A stretch of DNA of 64,000 nucleotides from an uncultured Candidatus Saccharibacteria bacterium (GCA_964357615.1 CAYHMC010000004.1:25722-89721); one strand, 5' to 3'; counted from the stretch's first letter, positions 18,761-28,673 are shown. The notes: generated from the letters alone by a model not told the origin. Made by a program: numbers and translations.

Positions 18761-19012
18761 TTACTCGTGGATTTTTTTAATTATATCATCCACCTCATTT
18801 TCTCTATCCTTATCATCTTCCTCCTCTTCAGTGATTGCGTCAATTATTTCTTGCAATTCATCTGGTAGTAAAGATGGTTTCTTGTCTTTATTAACTTCGG
18901 GTTTATCGCTTATATCGCCTAGACCAGGTTCGACATCAGGTATATTGTATTCATCTTCTTTTCTTGGCTCTTCAGCCGATTCCCCATATTCACTTTCAAC
19001 TTCGCTATTCAT
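18761..19012 (-). CDS. highly acidic small protein
   Basis: 83 aa, very rich in Glu/Asp, on the same strand as the flanking genes. Confidence 0.4.
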   Translation of the reverse strand: MNSEVESEYGESAEEPRKEDEYNIPDVEPGLGDISDKPEVNKDKKPSLLPDELQEIIDAITEEEEDDKDRENEVDDIIKKIHE

Positions 19013-19050
19013 AAATACAGAGTATCACTAATTTAATTATTTGCAAAAGT

Positions 19051-20592
19051 TCATCTATAAATAATCCCAAAATTATAATTATATTCTCTATTCTTGTCTC
19101 TGGCGGAGCAATAATTATCTGCTAATTTAAAAGTTTCGGAGTCAGCATCATCTATTCTTTCTGTACCATGATAAACATAATTTTTATCTTTAGAGTAACC
19201 ACATTTTAAAACCACGAATGTCGCCTTGTCGTAATTGGTTAATTTAGCATATCGGTAAAAATAATTGGCTTTGTCTTTTAGGTATCCACCAGGCAACACC
19301 ACGGAAGAACTCACATCAGCACCAGCAATGGGAATAGTTAAATAATAAACATAATTTTTATCTCTTGAATAAACATCAATGGGAGCTAAGCCAGCAGTAT
19401 AACTATCTCTTAATATCTCAAACGTATCGAAGTCAGCATCAATAATTCTATCGACCCCAAAGGGGTAAACATCGCCATAAACTTTAGGAGCAAAAATATA
19501 AATATTTTTATTGTCAGTTGTATAATGGACTTTTGATCCAGTATTACCGCTCGACAATAACTTAAAAGTTGATGGATCTGCGCCATCAACCCTACCACCG
19601 GCTGTTCCGCTTATCATCTGATAATATACAGCATCCTTATCCTTTGTATAATAAAGTTCACTAGCACCATGATAAAACAAAACTTCGAATGTAGCAGGGT
19701 CAAGTTCTAGTGTGTAAAAAGTAGAAATGTTATTAAAATAATAGATTCCATACTTATCTTTAGCAAAAGGACCAATAAATTCAAAAGAAATTGGGTCGAC
19801 TATTTCTTTAATTATATCAGCGCCTCTATAAACCCAATATTTATCCTTGGCAATATTTGTTCTTAACACCTCAAATGTACCAATATCTGCATCCTTATTT
19901 AACTTAAAACCACTGTGATATATATAATTTTCATCTCTTGAGTAATTAGATTTAATCAGCCCCAAAAATGCTAAATTGGCTTTACTCTCGTATAATTGAT
20001 CAATAAAAAAAGCATTTCCAAAAACAGGAAATAAATCAATCCTATCACTGGGTGACAATTTACTTGCACTGCCGCTAGTAATGCCAATTTTCTTTAACTC
20101 ATCGACAGGCATAACATTAAATTTATTTACTATGGTATCAACAATTTTCTTTTTTTTGATTAAATCAAAATTTGTAAAAATTGAATCTCCTCCTAATGTA
20201 TCTTGAATTAAACTTCTAAAATCATTGTGATTGCTTGCAAAAACAATTATGGGCCTCTTGATATATATACTTGTGCGGCTTTCTTTTGAATACTTTTCGT
20301 CTTTTTTTGGCTCATTGATAACAACATTGCTCTCAGTACTACTCACTACTAATGGATGTCCGATTATTGGTGTATTTTGAATCAATGATGGCTGGGGAGT
20401 AATAGCTGAACCTATTTTTTTAATTTGAAACACTGTTTTATTTATTTCAAAATACACGGCACCTCCTCCGAAAAGTAATAATACCGCCAAGAGTATTCCG
20501 AAAATAGAAGCTATGTCTTTATTTTTAGGCATATTTTTATTATATATCATCTTAATTTTAAAATATAATAACCCAATAAAAAACCCGACCAA
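19051..20592 (-). CDS. DKNYY repeat-containing membrane-anchored protein
   Basis: Repeated 'DK(N/Y)Y(V/I)YY' units (DKYWVYRG, DKYGIYYF, DKDAVYYQ, DKNYVYYL, DKANYFYRY, DKNYVYHG) with an N-terminal TM. Confidence 0.6.
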   Translation of the reverse strand: MVGFFIGLLYFKIKMIYNKNMPKNKDIASIFGILLAVLLLFGGGAVYFEINKTVFQIKKIGSAITPQPSLIQNTPIIGHPLVVSSTESNVVINEPKKDEKYSKESRTSIYIKRPIIVFASNHNDFRSLIQDTLGGDSIFTNFDLIKKKKIVDTIVNKFNVMPVDELKKIGITSGSASKLSPSDRIDLFPVFGNAFFIDQLYESKANLAFLGLIKSNYSRDENYIYHSGFKLNKDADIGTFEVLRTNIAKDKYWVYRGADIIKEIVDPISFEFIGPFAKDKYGIYYFNNISTFYTLELDPATFEVLFYHGASELYYTKDKDAVYYQMISGTAGGRVDGADPSTFKLLSSGNTGSKVHYTTDNKNIYIFAPKVYGDVYPFGVDRIIDADFDTFEILRDSYTAGLAPIDVYSRDKNYVYYLTIPIAGADVSSSVVLPGGYLKDKANYFYRYAKLTNYDKATFVVLKCGYSKDKNYVYHGTERIDDADSETFKLADNYCSARDKNREYNYNFGIIYR

Positions 20593-20623
20593 TTTATGAT
20601 CGGGTCAATATAAATTAAATGTT

Positions 20624-20998
20624 TTAACTTATTTGATTTATTTGTTCTTCAAAATATACTAAAACTTTCTGAGGTACCTCTCTGACTGGATTAAAATTTT
20701 CAACAAAAAGAGTTGAGCCTCTTATAGTTAAAACAAGTTCATCTAACTCATATTCTCCTAACCCCTTACTTTCATATCCACGATGTGTTTGTAAATCAAA
20801 CCATCGCAAATCAGTATATTTAATTCCTTCATTAGCCGAAATTGCCTCAATAACTTTCTCTGCGGCGTTGATTGTGCTTTTAGGAGCTCTTGTAGATCCA
20901 GAGAAATAGCATGCACCATCAATGATTACATAAACTACCTTATTATGTTTAATTTCTTTTGAGTTACCCGAACAAATATATTTTGTCTCTTTTAGCAA
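20624..20998 (-). CDS. hypothetical protein
   Basis: 124-aa ORF. Confidence 0.4.
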   Translation of the reverse strand: MLKETKYICSGNSKEIKHNKVVYVIIDGACYFSGSTRAPKSTINAAEKVIEAISANEGIKYTDLRWFDLQTHRGYESKGLGEYELDELVLTIRGSTLFVENFNPVREVPQKVLVYFEEQINQIS

Positions 20999-21078
20999 CT
21001 TGCAACCTCCAAGTAAAAAAGCTGAGGTTATTTTAATTTATTTTATATATATTTGTCAATATTTTTTGCTATATTTTT

Positions 21079-21480
21079 TTATTTTGATGCATAGTATCGC
21101 TTAACATAATAACTTTTGTCATGTTTTGGTGAGTGATTTTTTTCATTCCAGATATCTGCTGGGTTTTTGGACATATAAACTAACTCTATTCCACCTAAAT
21201 TAAGCGGTGAAACACGAAATTTACTTTTCTTGCTACTTCCCTTGTTCGCCCAAGCAATTGCAGTTTTACAATCTGATGTAATTCTAAGTGGTCTTTCTTT
21301 AATATTTTCTATAGCCCACTTAATTGCTTCATATTCGGCAAGTCCACTATATAAATCTCCAATATTTTCTGCAAAATGTATTATTTTGCCTTCGTCATCA
21401 CAAACTGTAAAATAAGCATCGTGAAATTTAAATTTTGGTGGTTCAACAAATGCACCACCATCAACATGAACTGTTTTCAT
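21079..21480 (-). CDS. RNase H-like fold protein
   Basis: Ordered acidic residues 'VHVDGGA', 'AEYEAIKWAIE', 'ITSDCKTAIAW' and 'NPAD' resemble the DEDD arrangement of RNase HI. Confidence 0.5.
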   Translation of the reverse strand: MKTVHVDGGAFVEPPKFKFHDAYFTVCDDEGKIIHFAENIGDLYSGLAEYEAIKWAIENIKERPLRITSDCKTAIAWANKGSSKKSKFRVSPLNLGGIELVYMSKNPADIWNEKNHSPKHDKSYYVKRYYASK

Positions 21481-21496
21481 AAGTATTTATTATGAT

Positions 21497-22414
21497 CTAT
21501 AAATTTTCCAAACCTCCCACTTTTTTTTGCTTAGTATGCAATAAATAAAGCGAAGCCGTTGTCATTTGCTCAAGATATATTCCAAGCGTCCAAATAATTC
21601 CTTCGTAGATTATTACTGCAAGCCAAACATATTCCGGCAAATCAATTTTTGCTTCAGACAATACAAATACAGGAAGTAAAGGCAAGCTCATAATTACTGC
21701 AAAAACACCCGTAAGTGCATACGAGGTTAAAAATTGTGCTGGTCGCTGTTTTATAATTTCAATTGCTTTACCAAATGCAGAGAACGAACCTTTATTTTCC
21801 CATGCGATTGCTGGAAGTGCAAGAAAAATTGTCATTCTAAGTAATTTTTCAAGCATATCGAGTCCTAAACGAATCCAACTAAATGGATTTCCGGTTACTC
21901 CACCAAGCGTTAAGGCCGCATCTTTTAAAGATGGTTCTGCTCTAGACCCTCTTCTTTTTTTGCTTGTTAGAGCTCTTAAAAATATAATTATAAACCAAGC
22001 TATAGAATAAAAAATTGCGATTGGAATAGCTCTAACTGCATTAAATGAAACTGTTTCATTAAAAGCCTGTGCAAGTGAGACAGGACGCCCCTCTTCTCGT
22101 TGATTCATTAATTCTAAAAGCATTAGATTTGCCAAGCAGATTGTATAAGCAAGCAAAAAAACAAAGCCATAAAACTCCAAAAACATTAGGCCTTCGTTTT
22201 CTGGACCAACCCAATAATATCTTAAATAAAGTATAACGCTTGCAACAATTATCCAGCAAAAAAATATTGGTACAAGAAAAACAGGATATTCAAATAAGTA
22301 GGTAAAAGCTTTTTTAAAAGATGCCCATCCTTCCTTGAATCCTGATTTTTTTGGCTCAACTAAAATAGGATTATTTTGTATTGGTACTATTGGTATTTGA
22401 GGTTGTGTATCCAT
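21497..22414 (-). CDS. polytopic membrane protein (paralog of next gene)
   Basis: 305 aa with about 6 TM helices. Confidence 0.5.
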   Translation of the reverse strand: MDTQPQIPIVPIQNNPILVEPKKSGFKEGWASFKKAFTYLFEYPVFLVPIFFCWIIVASVILYLRYYWVGPENEGLMFLEFYGFVFLLAYTICLANLMLLELMNQREEGRPVSLAQAFNETVSFNAVRAIPIAIFYSIAWFIIIFLRALTSKKRRGSRAEPSLKDAALTLGGVTGNPFSWIRLGLDMLEKLLRMTIFLALPAIAWENKGSFSAFGKAIEIIKQRPAQFLTSYALTGVFAVIMSLPLLPVFVLSEAKIDLPEYVWLAVIIYEGIIWTLGIYLEQMTTASLYLLHTKQKKVGGLENL

Positions 22415-22453
22415 AATTTATTATTATAGTATTTCTGCAACCCTATATTTAAA

Positions 22454-23380
22454 CTATTTTCCAGATTTAATCGCACCTCGTATTAAATCTGGCGTAAATC
22501 CCTGTGGAACAGTACCAGTAAGAGCAAATTGATACAATGATAATTTAAAGATTGAGCTTAGCGTTGTCGAAATAATTGCTATCGCTATAAGAAAAATCAC
22601 AAAAAGTATTACAACTGAAATAATTACTTCTGGCAAAGGAGCTAGGAAGACTATTCCAATTGAAAATGCTAATACGATAAATGTAATAATTCCAAAAAAT
22701 AGGCCAACGCTAAAATTCACAATAATAGTTTCTCCCCAAGTTTTTCTAATAATCGTAGCTGATTCCTTAAAAGCATCAGTAACTTTTCTCTGTCCAATTA
22801 TAAGAGAAGGTAGACTAAAATATGTGAGTATCGCCCATGCTGCGCCCAAAAAGAAACTAATTAACCTGCCGAAAAATTTCAATCTATTTGAAATTAAATT
22901 TAATATAACCCCAACAGTTGCCGAAATTAATGACCATAAAAATATCTTACCAATATTTTTATTTGCGCCATTTATGCCGTCCGTAAATGACAAATCTTGT
23001 CCATTAAATCTGCCGTAAGCAATAATGTAAATTCCTGAGAGAAAATAGTTGGCAATAAAAAACATTACCAAATAGTAAATAAAAAGCATAATGTAACCTA
23101 TGATTTGGGCATCGCTCTCTTTTAAATTATCAATTGCATGAATATCACCGCCTAATACGACAAAAAAGAACAACACGCCCATAACAGCTAGTGCGATGAT
23201 GCTTGAAACTGCCGATAGGATTGGAAACCAAGCAAGCTCCTTATCTTGTTTTAGAATCTTCCACGATTCACCAACTATCATACGGCTAGCCTTAAATTTA
23301 CCAATTTTTATAGGAGGATTCGATGCAATCTGCGAATTTAAAATTGGGGTTCTTGCTTCTAAATTTTCTTCCGTATTCAT
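22454..23380 (-). CDS. polytopic membrane protein
   Basis: 308 aa, same architecture as the preceding gene. Confidence 0.5.
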   Translation of the reverse strand: MNTEENLEARTPILNSQIASNPPIKIGKFKASRMIVGESWKILKQDKELAWFPILSAVSSIIALAVMGVLFFFVVLGGDIHAIDNLKESDAQIIGYIMLFIYYLVMFFIANYFLSGIYIIAYGRFNGQDLSFTDGINGANKNIGKIFLWSLISATVGVILNLISNRLKFFGRLISFFLGAAWAILTYFSLPSLIIGQRKVTDAFKESATIIRKTWGETIIVNFSVGLFFGIITFIVLAFSIGIVFLAPLPEVIISVVILFVIFLIAIAIISTTLSSIFKLSLYQFALTGTVPQGFTPDLIRGAIKSGK

Positions 23381-23442
23381 ATAAAAAATATTTTTAATTT
23401 ATGATTACTTTTATTATAACATTTTCAAAATAAAAAATCCGC

Positions 23443-23486
23443 AAACCCAGTTTTGTCTATTTCTTTAAATAGACAAAGTTTGGTTT
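23443..23486 (-). terminator. long hairpin (~18 bp) acting as terminator on the minus strand
   Basis: AAACCCAGTTTTGTCTATTT cttt AAATAGACAAAGTTTGGTTT. On the minus strand it is followed by GCGGATTTTTTATTTT. Confidence 0.5.
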
Positions 23487-23633
23487 ACGGAATCAATTTT
23501 ACAGCAGATAACACACAGGACACGGAACATCAGTCAAACGGAGGGTTACCCCAACGGATTGTCGTCCTGTGCGCGATTAGCAATTTGAAATTATACGGAA
23601 TAGCTACTTAGCTATATAGAAATTTAAAAAATT

Positions 23634-24611
23634 TTAGCATTCAGCCGGTTTGACATAACGACCATATCCACGACACCGAAGTCTATTTTTTCCAACCAAG
23701 GCGCCATGAGCGGAACAATCGTGATAAACTATCATATCTCTATAGGTGTGCACTGACCCAGTAATTTCCAAATTTTCACGAGCACCTACATTTGATGCAA
23801 AATATCCAATCGCGTGAATTTTAATAAGTGATGGTCCATCAGCAAGAGGGCCAAGGCCCCTGAAGCCTCTGAAAGTAAAATGAGTCAGATATGAGTTAAA
23901 AACTGCCCAAGCCGACCAATCACTAGGATATTTATATGGCCGAATGGAGCCCAAGCCACCATTATTTAAACTTCGATAAAATCTCGCGCGAGGATAAATC
24001 TTAGCAATTGAGTAATATTGGGGACGATTGAAAATATCCTGACCAACATATCTAGAGACGGCCATCCACCCGCGCAATTTTACTTGAATGCGTGGGCAAG
24101 TAACTGAATATGATCTAGGATTTATTTCATCCTTTGACTGTGGCTCTGGCACTCTAATTAGAGCCGGATCAATATTTTGCGATGTTCCGCGTTTCTGCTT
24201 AGGATCTAGTGGAGCTCCAAATAATTCTCCTGGCTCTGGCGCTACCCATGGCGCAGAATCCATCGGAACCAAATTTTGTGGCTTATCAATCGCTCTAGAA
24301 TTACGAAGAAGCGATCTCTGTGGCTTATTCTTTTTAAGAACTTTCACAACGCAATTATCGCCGTCGAGTTCCAATTCTAGACCATTATAGGACGTGACAT
24401 CAAAAATGCATTTCCCGGAAGCATCACGAGATGCCGCGCCAGGAATTATTTCTCCTATATTTGGTTCTACATAAACACCATTTGGAGAAATTACACGCAT
24501 TTCATTTGGCGATACAGCTACGCCATCAGCAGACCTAATTGCATCTTCTGCCATTGCTATATTTGAAATCAAGCCAAAAATTATAGATAGTAATAATGCT
24601 TTCATCCTCAC
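23634..24611 (-). CDS. secreted protein (signal peptide), function unknown
   Basis: 325 aa with an N-terminal signal 'MRMKALLLSIIFGLISNIAMA'. C-terminal Cys/His-rich region. Confidence 0.5.
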   Translation of the reverse strand: MRMKALLLSIIFGLISNIAMAEDAIRSADGVAVSPNEMRVISPNGVYVEPNIGEIIPGAASRDASGKCIFDVTSYNGLELELDGDNCVVKVLKKNKPQRSLLRNSRAIDKPQNLVPMDSAPWVAPEPGELFGAPLDPKQKRGTSQNIDPALIRVPEPQSKDEINPRSYSVTCPRIQVKLRGWMAVSRYVGQDIFNRPQYYSIAKIYPRARFYRSLNNGGLGSIRPYKYPSDWSAWAVFNSYLTHFTFRGFRGLGPLADGPSLIKIHAIGYFASNVGARENLEITGSVHTYRDMIVYHDCSAHGALVGKNRLRCRGYGRYVKPAEC

Positions 24612-24895
24612 TTTACACCTCGTAGGTTACACAACTGTGCGGATTCGCCACACGCGAAAGATTATAGCGTGTCCATCCTAGACACATTACAGAAGCATCA
24701 TCCTTAATGCTATGGAGAAATTAACAATAATATACAGTTTTGTCAACTAAACAAGGTTAAAGATATATTTATTATAATATTTTGGGAAATAAATATTTGC
24801 CCTAGTATGTTTATACTATTAATTGCCAATGGCAATTTGAAATATACTTTGTTTTATGTTTAAGTTTCAAAAGAAATCAAAGGTTTGGTGACAAT

Positions 24896-25333
24896 GTGAA
24901 CAGGATTCTTGCAAGAATTAAAACAAATACTGACAACAGAGATAGCGGCCCAATAACAACCGCCTTTCTACTTCTTTGGTACGCAAGCGTTCAAATCCCA
25001 ATACTTACCTATTTTTCTGTACTTTTCTATAATGTTTCCTTCAATCATCAGCCGGGAGATCCTTCATTAATTAAATTGTTTTCTTTCACGGTTTTATTAT
25101 TTAGTCCATATATTACGGTATTATTTGGTGCTAGCCCTCTTGGTGCAATACTTTGGATACCGCTTGGCCTTATGACCAGCGCATTCGGAATAAATTATGT
25201 ATTAAATACATTTCCGCTTACATCATCTGTAAGAATATTTGTGTCTGGTTTAGCGCCTGTAATATTTCTTTATCTCTACATCTCAAATTTTTTTCAACTT
25301 CTTATTCTCGGCGAAAGGGCAAATCCCGACTAA
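24896..25333 (+). CDS. membrane protein, function unknown
   Basis: 145 aa with 4 TM helices. Confidence 0.4.
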   Translation: MNRILARIKTNTDNRDSGPITTAFLLLWYASVQIPILTYFSVLFYNVSFNHQPGDPSLIKLFSFTVLLFSPYITVLFGASPLGAILWIPLGLMTSAFGINYVLNTFPLTSSVRIFVSGLAPVIFLYLYISNFFQLLILGERANPD

Positions 25334-25336
25334 TTT

Positions 25337-25368
25337 AAAACCACTTTATTTCAAGTGGTTTTTATTTA
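25337..25368. terminator. terminator
   Basis: AAACCACTT tatttc AAGTGGTTT followed by TTTATTT. Confidence 0.6.
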
Positions 25369-25387
25369 AGTATTTAAGAAATAAGTT

Positions 25388-26143
25388 TTACTCTTTTACT
25401 TCTTTTGTAGCTTTGCGATATGCACAATAATCACATTCAGCTCCAGACATAGGAAGATTCGACGAGACTAAACACTTGTGTGCGTTTACTATAGTTTGCT
25501 CTACCCAGCTGTCTTCGCCATCATATGGCAAAAGTTTAATATTAAATTCTAGTCTTGCATCAAATGCTTCTTTATCTGCATCACCATTGCAATAAACAAA
25601 AAATCCAGTTTTATTAACCTTAAAACCATTTTGACGAAATAACCATTGATAAATTTCCATTTGTCTCTTGTATCCTATCTGCCAATCAGCATCGAGCGAC
25701 ACTTCACCATCTTTTGCCGTCGCTTTGTAATCAACTATTATTAGTTCCCCAGCAGGATTTATCCAAATATCATCGATACCACCTGTTATTAAAAGATTTG
25801 TAGCGGGATGCAAAAACCTTATACCGCCACCCAAAGCATCTCGCCATTCGTTCATTTTTTCATGATTATATGGCACAGCATCTAAGCCGTAGGCTTTCAT
25901 AAGTGGATGCGCACTACCTTGTGCGCGATGCATATCAAATTCTTTTTTTAAAAGCCTATCCACCGCCGAATTTAAGCTAAAAGGAAAACCAGGTGGCTGA
26001 CCGATGCCAAGTCGTCTGTCCATATAAAAACATCGTGGACAATTTAAAAATAAATCTACTTTTGAGCGACTTAGAGAAAACGGAAGTTTTGATTCCGGAC
26101 TATAAAGATTTCTTGTTCGTTTTGGATTGTAATATTTTGACAT
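25388..26143 (-). CDS. PD-(D/E)xK nuclease with Cys cluster (Cas4/RecB-like nuclease domain)
   Basis: 'GELIIVDYKATAK' (DxK-type motif). N-terminal 'CPRCF' plus C-terminal 'CDYCAY' give the four-Cys arrangement of Cas4/AddB-type Fe-S nucleases. Confidence 0.5.
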   Translation of the reverse strand: MSKYYNPKRTRNLYSPESKLPFSLSRSKVDLFLNCPRCFYMDRRLGIGQPPGFPFSLNSAVDRLLKKEFDMHRAQGSAHPLMKAYGLDAVPYNHEKMNEWRDALGGGIRFLHPATNLLITGGIDDIWINPAGELIIVDYKATAKDGEVSLDADWQIGYKRQMEIYQWLFRQNGFKVNKTGFFVYCNGDADKEAFDARLEFNIKLLPYDGEDSWVEQTIVNAHKCLVSSNLPMSGAECDYCAYRKATKEVKE

Positions 26144-26253
26144 GATTTATTTTAGCACAAAATTCATCTCAATCAATATTGAATAATAATCTTATAAAAA
26201 TCATGTGGCATTACGCATTTTTCTTGCTATAATAAAGCGAAACAAATCATAAT

Positions 26254-27024
26254 ATGTCTGAAGCAAAACTCATAACCTTAAATGTAGAAATGAATTATCA
26301 CTTAGATACTGTTATTCCGTTTTTGGAGCGCGAATCTCCCGATATGCTCTGCGTCCAAGAAGTTTTTGAAAAAGATTTAGAGATACTAAAAAATAGATTT
26401 GGTTACAATGCGCTTTTTTTACCAATGTGTAAAAGATGGTACGGCAAAGATAATACTCCACCTATCGAAACCGAAGGAATCGCGATTCTTACAAAGCTAC
26501 CAATCATCAAAAGCGATAACATTTATTATCATCTTGCTTCTCCTCAAATTGAGTTATACGAAGAGAAAAGAATAGATATTAAGCGCAAAACTATTCGCTA
26601 TGGATTACTGTGGGGTACATTTCAATATAATGAAACTGAATTTACAATTGGTACTACTCACTTTACTTGGACGCCAGATGGCATGCCAAATGAATATCAA
26701 GAGACTGATATTAAGGCCCTAATGGAAATTTTAGAAAAAATACCAGATTTAATTTTGTGCGGAGATTTTAATATACCTAGAAATATAAATCATCTATATG
26801 GCGTACTTGCAAAAAAATTCAAAGATAATATGCCTCATAAAATAACCACGACTCTTGATATGAGCATGCATAAAATACGCACAAATCCAACAGAAAGCAA
26901 AAGAGTTGGTACTTATGTTGTTGACTATATTTTTTCTACTCCAAAATATAATGTATCAAATGTACGATGCGAATATGGCGTAAGCGACCATGCGGCAGTC
27001 ATAGCTGATATTTCTAAAACATAA
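26254..27024 (+). CDS. endonuclease/exonuclease/phosphatase (EEP) family protein
   Basis: 'LCVQEVF...' with the C-terminal 'VSDHAAV' EEP signature. Confidence 0.6.
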   Translation: MSEAKLITLNVEMNYHLDTVIPFLERESPDMLCVQEVFEKDLEILKNRFGYNALFLPMCKRWYGKDNTPPIETEGIAILTKLPIIKSDNIYYHLASPQIELYEEKRIDIKRKTIRYGLLWGTFQYNETEFTIGTTHFTWTPDGMPNEYQETDIKALMEILEKIPDLILCGDFNIPRNINHLYGVLAKKFKDNMPHKITTTLDMSMHKIRTNPTESKRVGTYVVDYIFSTPKYNVSNVRCEYGVSDHAAVIADISKT

Positions 27025-27136
27025 CTGTCCTAAATAGTTTTTATGCTTGACAAAACCATTGACTTTTAGTCAAATATAGTGTATACTTTGCTCGGTTCCT
27101 GTGGCCATCTCATAGGCCTTCCATAAACCTGATCTG

Positions 27137-28294
27137 TTGAAAGACAGGTCACAATACGAGAGGGGTCGAGAGATGAGTAAATCTAGACTTTGGGCATTTT
27201 TCATCGCGTTTTCATTGATATTGGGGTCATATAACCCCGCTTGGGCAACAGAGCCTGTGGTACTCGACCTGCCCCCTTGTGATGAGGTGTGGTTGAACGG
27301 TTCTGGCGATCATAACAACAACTGTAGTGAATACGGCGGTCTCGGCGGATGCAACGGCATCGTTGGAGACGTCGCTTTGCTTGGTGATAAATACCAATCA
27401 ATTCCAAGCGGTCAAATCTTCTGCGGCGATCATCGCATTCAGGGGTGTGACAAGGTCACCAAGGTGAACTGCCACACATTACACCAGTTTCTTTGCACCA
27501 CTGTCCCCATATTCCTAATTATCGACGGAGTAAACACCAAGGTTGCTCCTGGTGTTGGAATTCCTACTGAGTGGCGTGTTGCTGACTCGTGCTCGGAAGC
27601 GCAACCCGAACCTGTTGAATTTTGCGAAGTACGTGGCTGCGACTGGAACGTCATGGACTCTAATCCTTACGATGAAAATGGTTGCCCCCCCGCAATCGCA
27701 CACCACTACCCGCTCTGCGACTGCCGACCACACTTCTGTGGTGATGGCACGCAGGATCAAGGCGAAGAGTGCGACGACGGCAACAACACCGACGGCGACG
27801 GCTGTAGCTCCACCTGCACAGAAGAGTGCGGGAACGGAACTAAGGACGCTGGCGAAGAATGCGACGACGGAAACCTGACCAACGACGACGGCTGTAACTC
27901 AAGCTGTGAGCTCGAGTGTGGCCCGATCTTGAACGACCCAGGTATCGTCAAGCGCAAAAACAACAGTCTCGATTTGTTCAAGGTTCACGGACGATTGCCT
28001 ATCGTGGTAAACGCCACCTTATTTCGAATTCGTCTCATGAACAACACTGACACTGCCTTCGACCAGACCTACAACAACGTGTTGCAGGGTCATTGGTGGA
28101 AGGATTACGCGCCTCCCCTGTACAGGTTCAAAATGGAATCCGGGCCGAAAGCGCGCTTTTCATTATCCAGCATGCAAAGTGAAATCAATAATTTCTCACC
28201 AGATATGTGTGTGAGAATCGATGTTGATGGCCAGTGCTTCAAGCACTGCCCATACTGGTTCCCAATCTTTAATGGCTGGAGATATAGCGAGTAA
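27137..28294 (+). CDS. secreted Cys-rich repeat protein (Myxococcus-type CGxGxxxxGEECDDGN repeats), G+C-rich gene
   Basis: The likely start is MSKSRLWAFF at 27173, after the RBS GAGAGGGG, followed by a signal peptide. Tandem 'CGDGTQDQGEECDDGNNTDGDGCSSTC / CGNGTKDAGEECDDGNLTNDDGCNSSC' units. Strong GC-codon bias, unlike its neighbours. Confidence 0.65.
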   Translation: MKDRSQYERGREMSKSRLWAFFIAFSLILGSYNPAWATEPVVLDLPPCDEVWLNGSGDHNNNCSEYGGLGGCNGIVGDVALLGDKYQSIPSGQIFCGDHRIQGCDKVTKVNCHTLHQFLCTTVPIFLIIDGVNTKVAPGVGIPTEWRVADSCSEAQPEPVEFCEVRGCDWNVMDSNPYDENGCPPAIAHHYPLCDCRPHFCGDGTQDQGEECDDGNNTDGDGCSSTCTEECGNGTKDAGEECDDGNLTNDDGCNSSCELECGPILNDPGIVKRKNNSLDLFKVHGRLPIVVNATLFRIRLMNNTDTAFDQTYNNVLQGHWWKDYAPPLYRFKMESGPKARFSLSSMQSEINNFSPDMCVRIDVDGQCFKHCPYWFPIFNGWRYSE

Positions 28295-28310
28295 TTATAG
28301 CTAGATATAA

Positions 28311-28345
28311 AAGAGATGCAGAAAATGCATCTCTTATTTTTTTAT
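28311..28345 (+). terminator. terminator
   Basis: AAGAGATGCA gaaaa TGCATCTCTT followed by ATTTTTTTATTT. Confidence 0.7.
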
Positions 28346-28370
28346 TTATAAAAATAAAATTTTTTATATT

Positions 28371-28673
28371 TTATGCAATTAGAAAATGCCAGATAAAATA
28401 ACCAATTATTACAATTCCTCCAATAATAGCATTTACAATTACAGCCCAAATCCCCCTTTCTGGCTTATCAGAATCTCTCATTCTAGATAATGCAAAATAA
28501 ACTACAATAAATAGCCCAATCGTAAGTATACTTTTTCCTGTCCAATGATGTCCTCCAACTTTAACAAAAAAATCTTTAAGAGGCGCATAAATTTCTGCTC
28601 CGATTGTAACAACAACCACATACCAAATAGACGCTATTGTTGATTTTATTAAAGCTCCAGTATTTATTTTCAT
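28371..28673 (-). CDS. small membrane protein
   Basis: 100 aa. Overlaps the upstream gene by 4 nt (ATGA). Confidence 0.45.
   Translation of the reverse strand: MKINTGALIKSTIASIWYVVVVTIGAEIYAPLKDFFVKVGGHHWTGKSILTIGLFIVVYFALSRMRDSDKPERGIWAVIVNAIIGGIVIIGYFIWHFLIA

Noticed and set aside
18690-19031. Ser-rich plus-strand ORF 18690-19031
   Set aside because: Low-complexity Ser/Leu run antisense to the acidic protein ORF. The flanking genes are all on the minus strand. Kept the minus-strand ORF, with low confidence.
23400-23633. SRP RNA / tmRNA / RNase P RNA in the structured gap
   Set aside because: I did not find the SRP helix-8 GGAA tetraloop motif, a tRNA-like acceptor/CCA end, or an RNase P P4 consensus. 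Left as an unclassified structured region.
27201-27981. Five short ORFs on both strands within 27201-27981
   Set aside because: They lie inside the GC-rich Cys-rich-repeat gene. Stop-codon-poor GC-rich repeats generate spurious ORFs in all frames.
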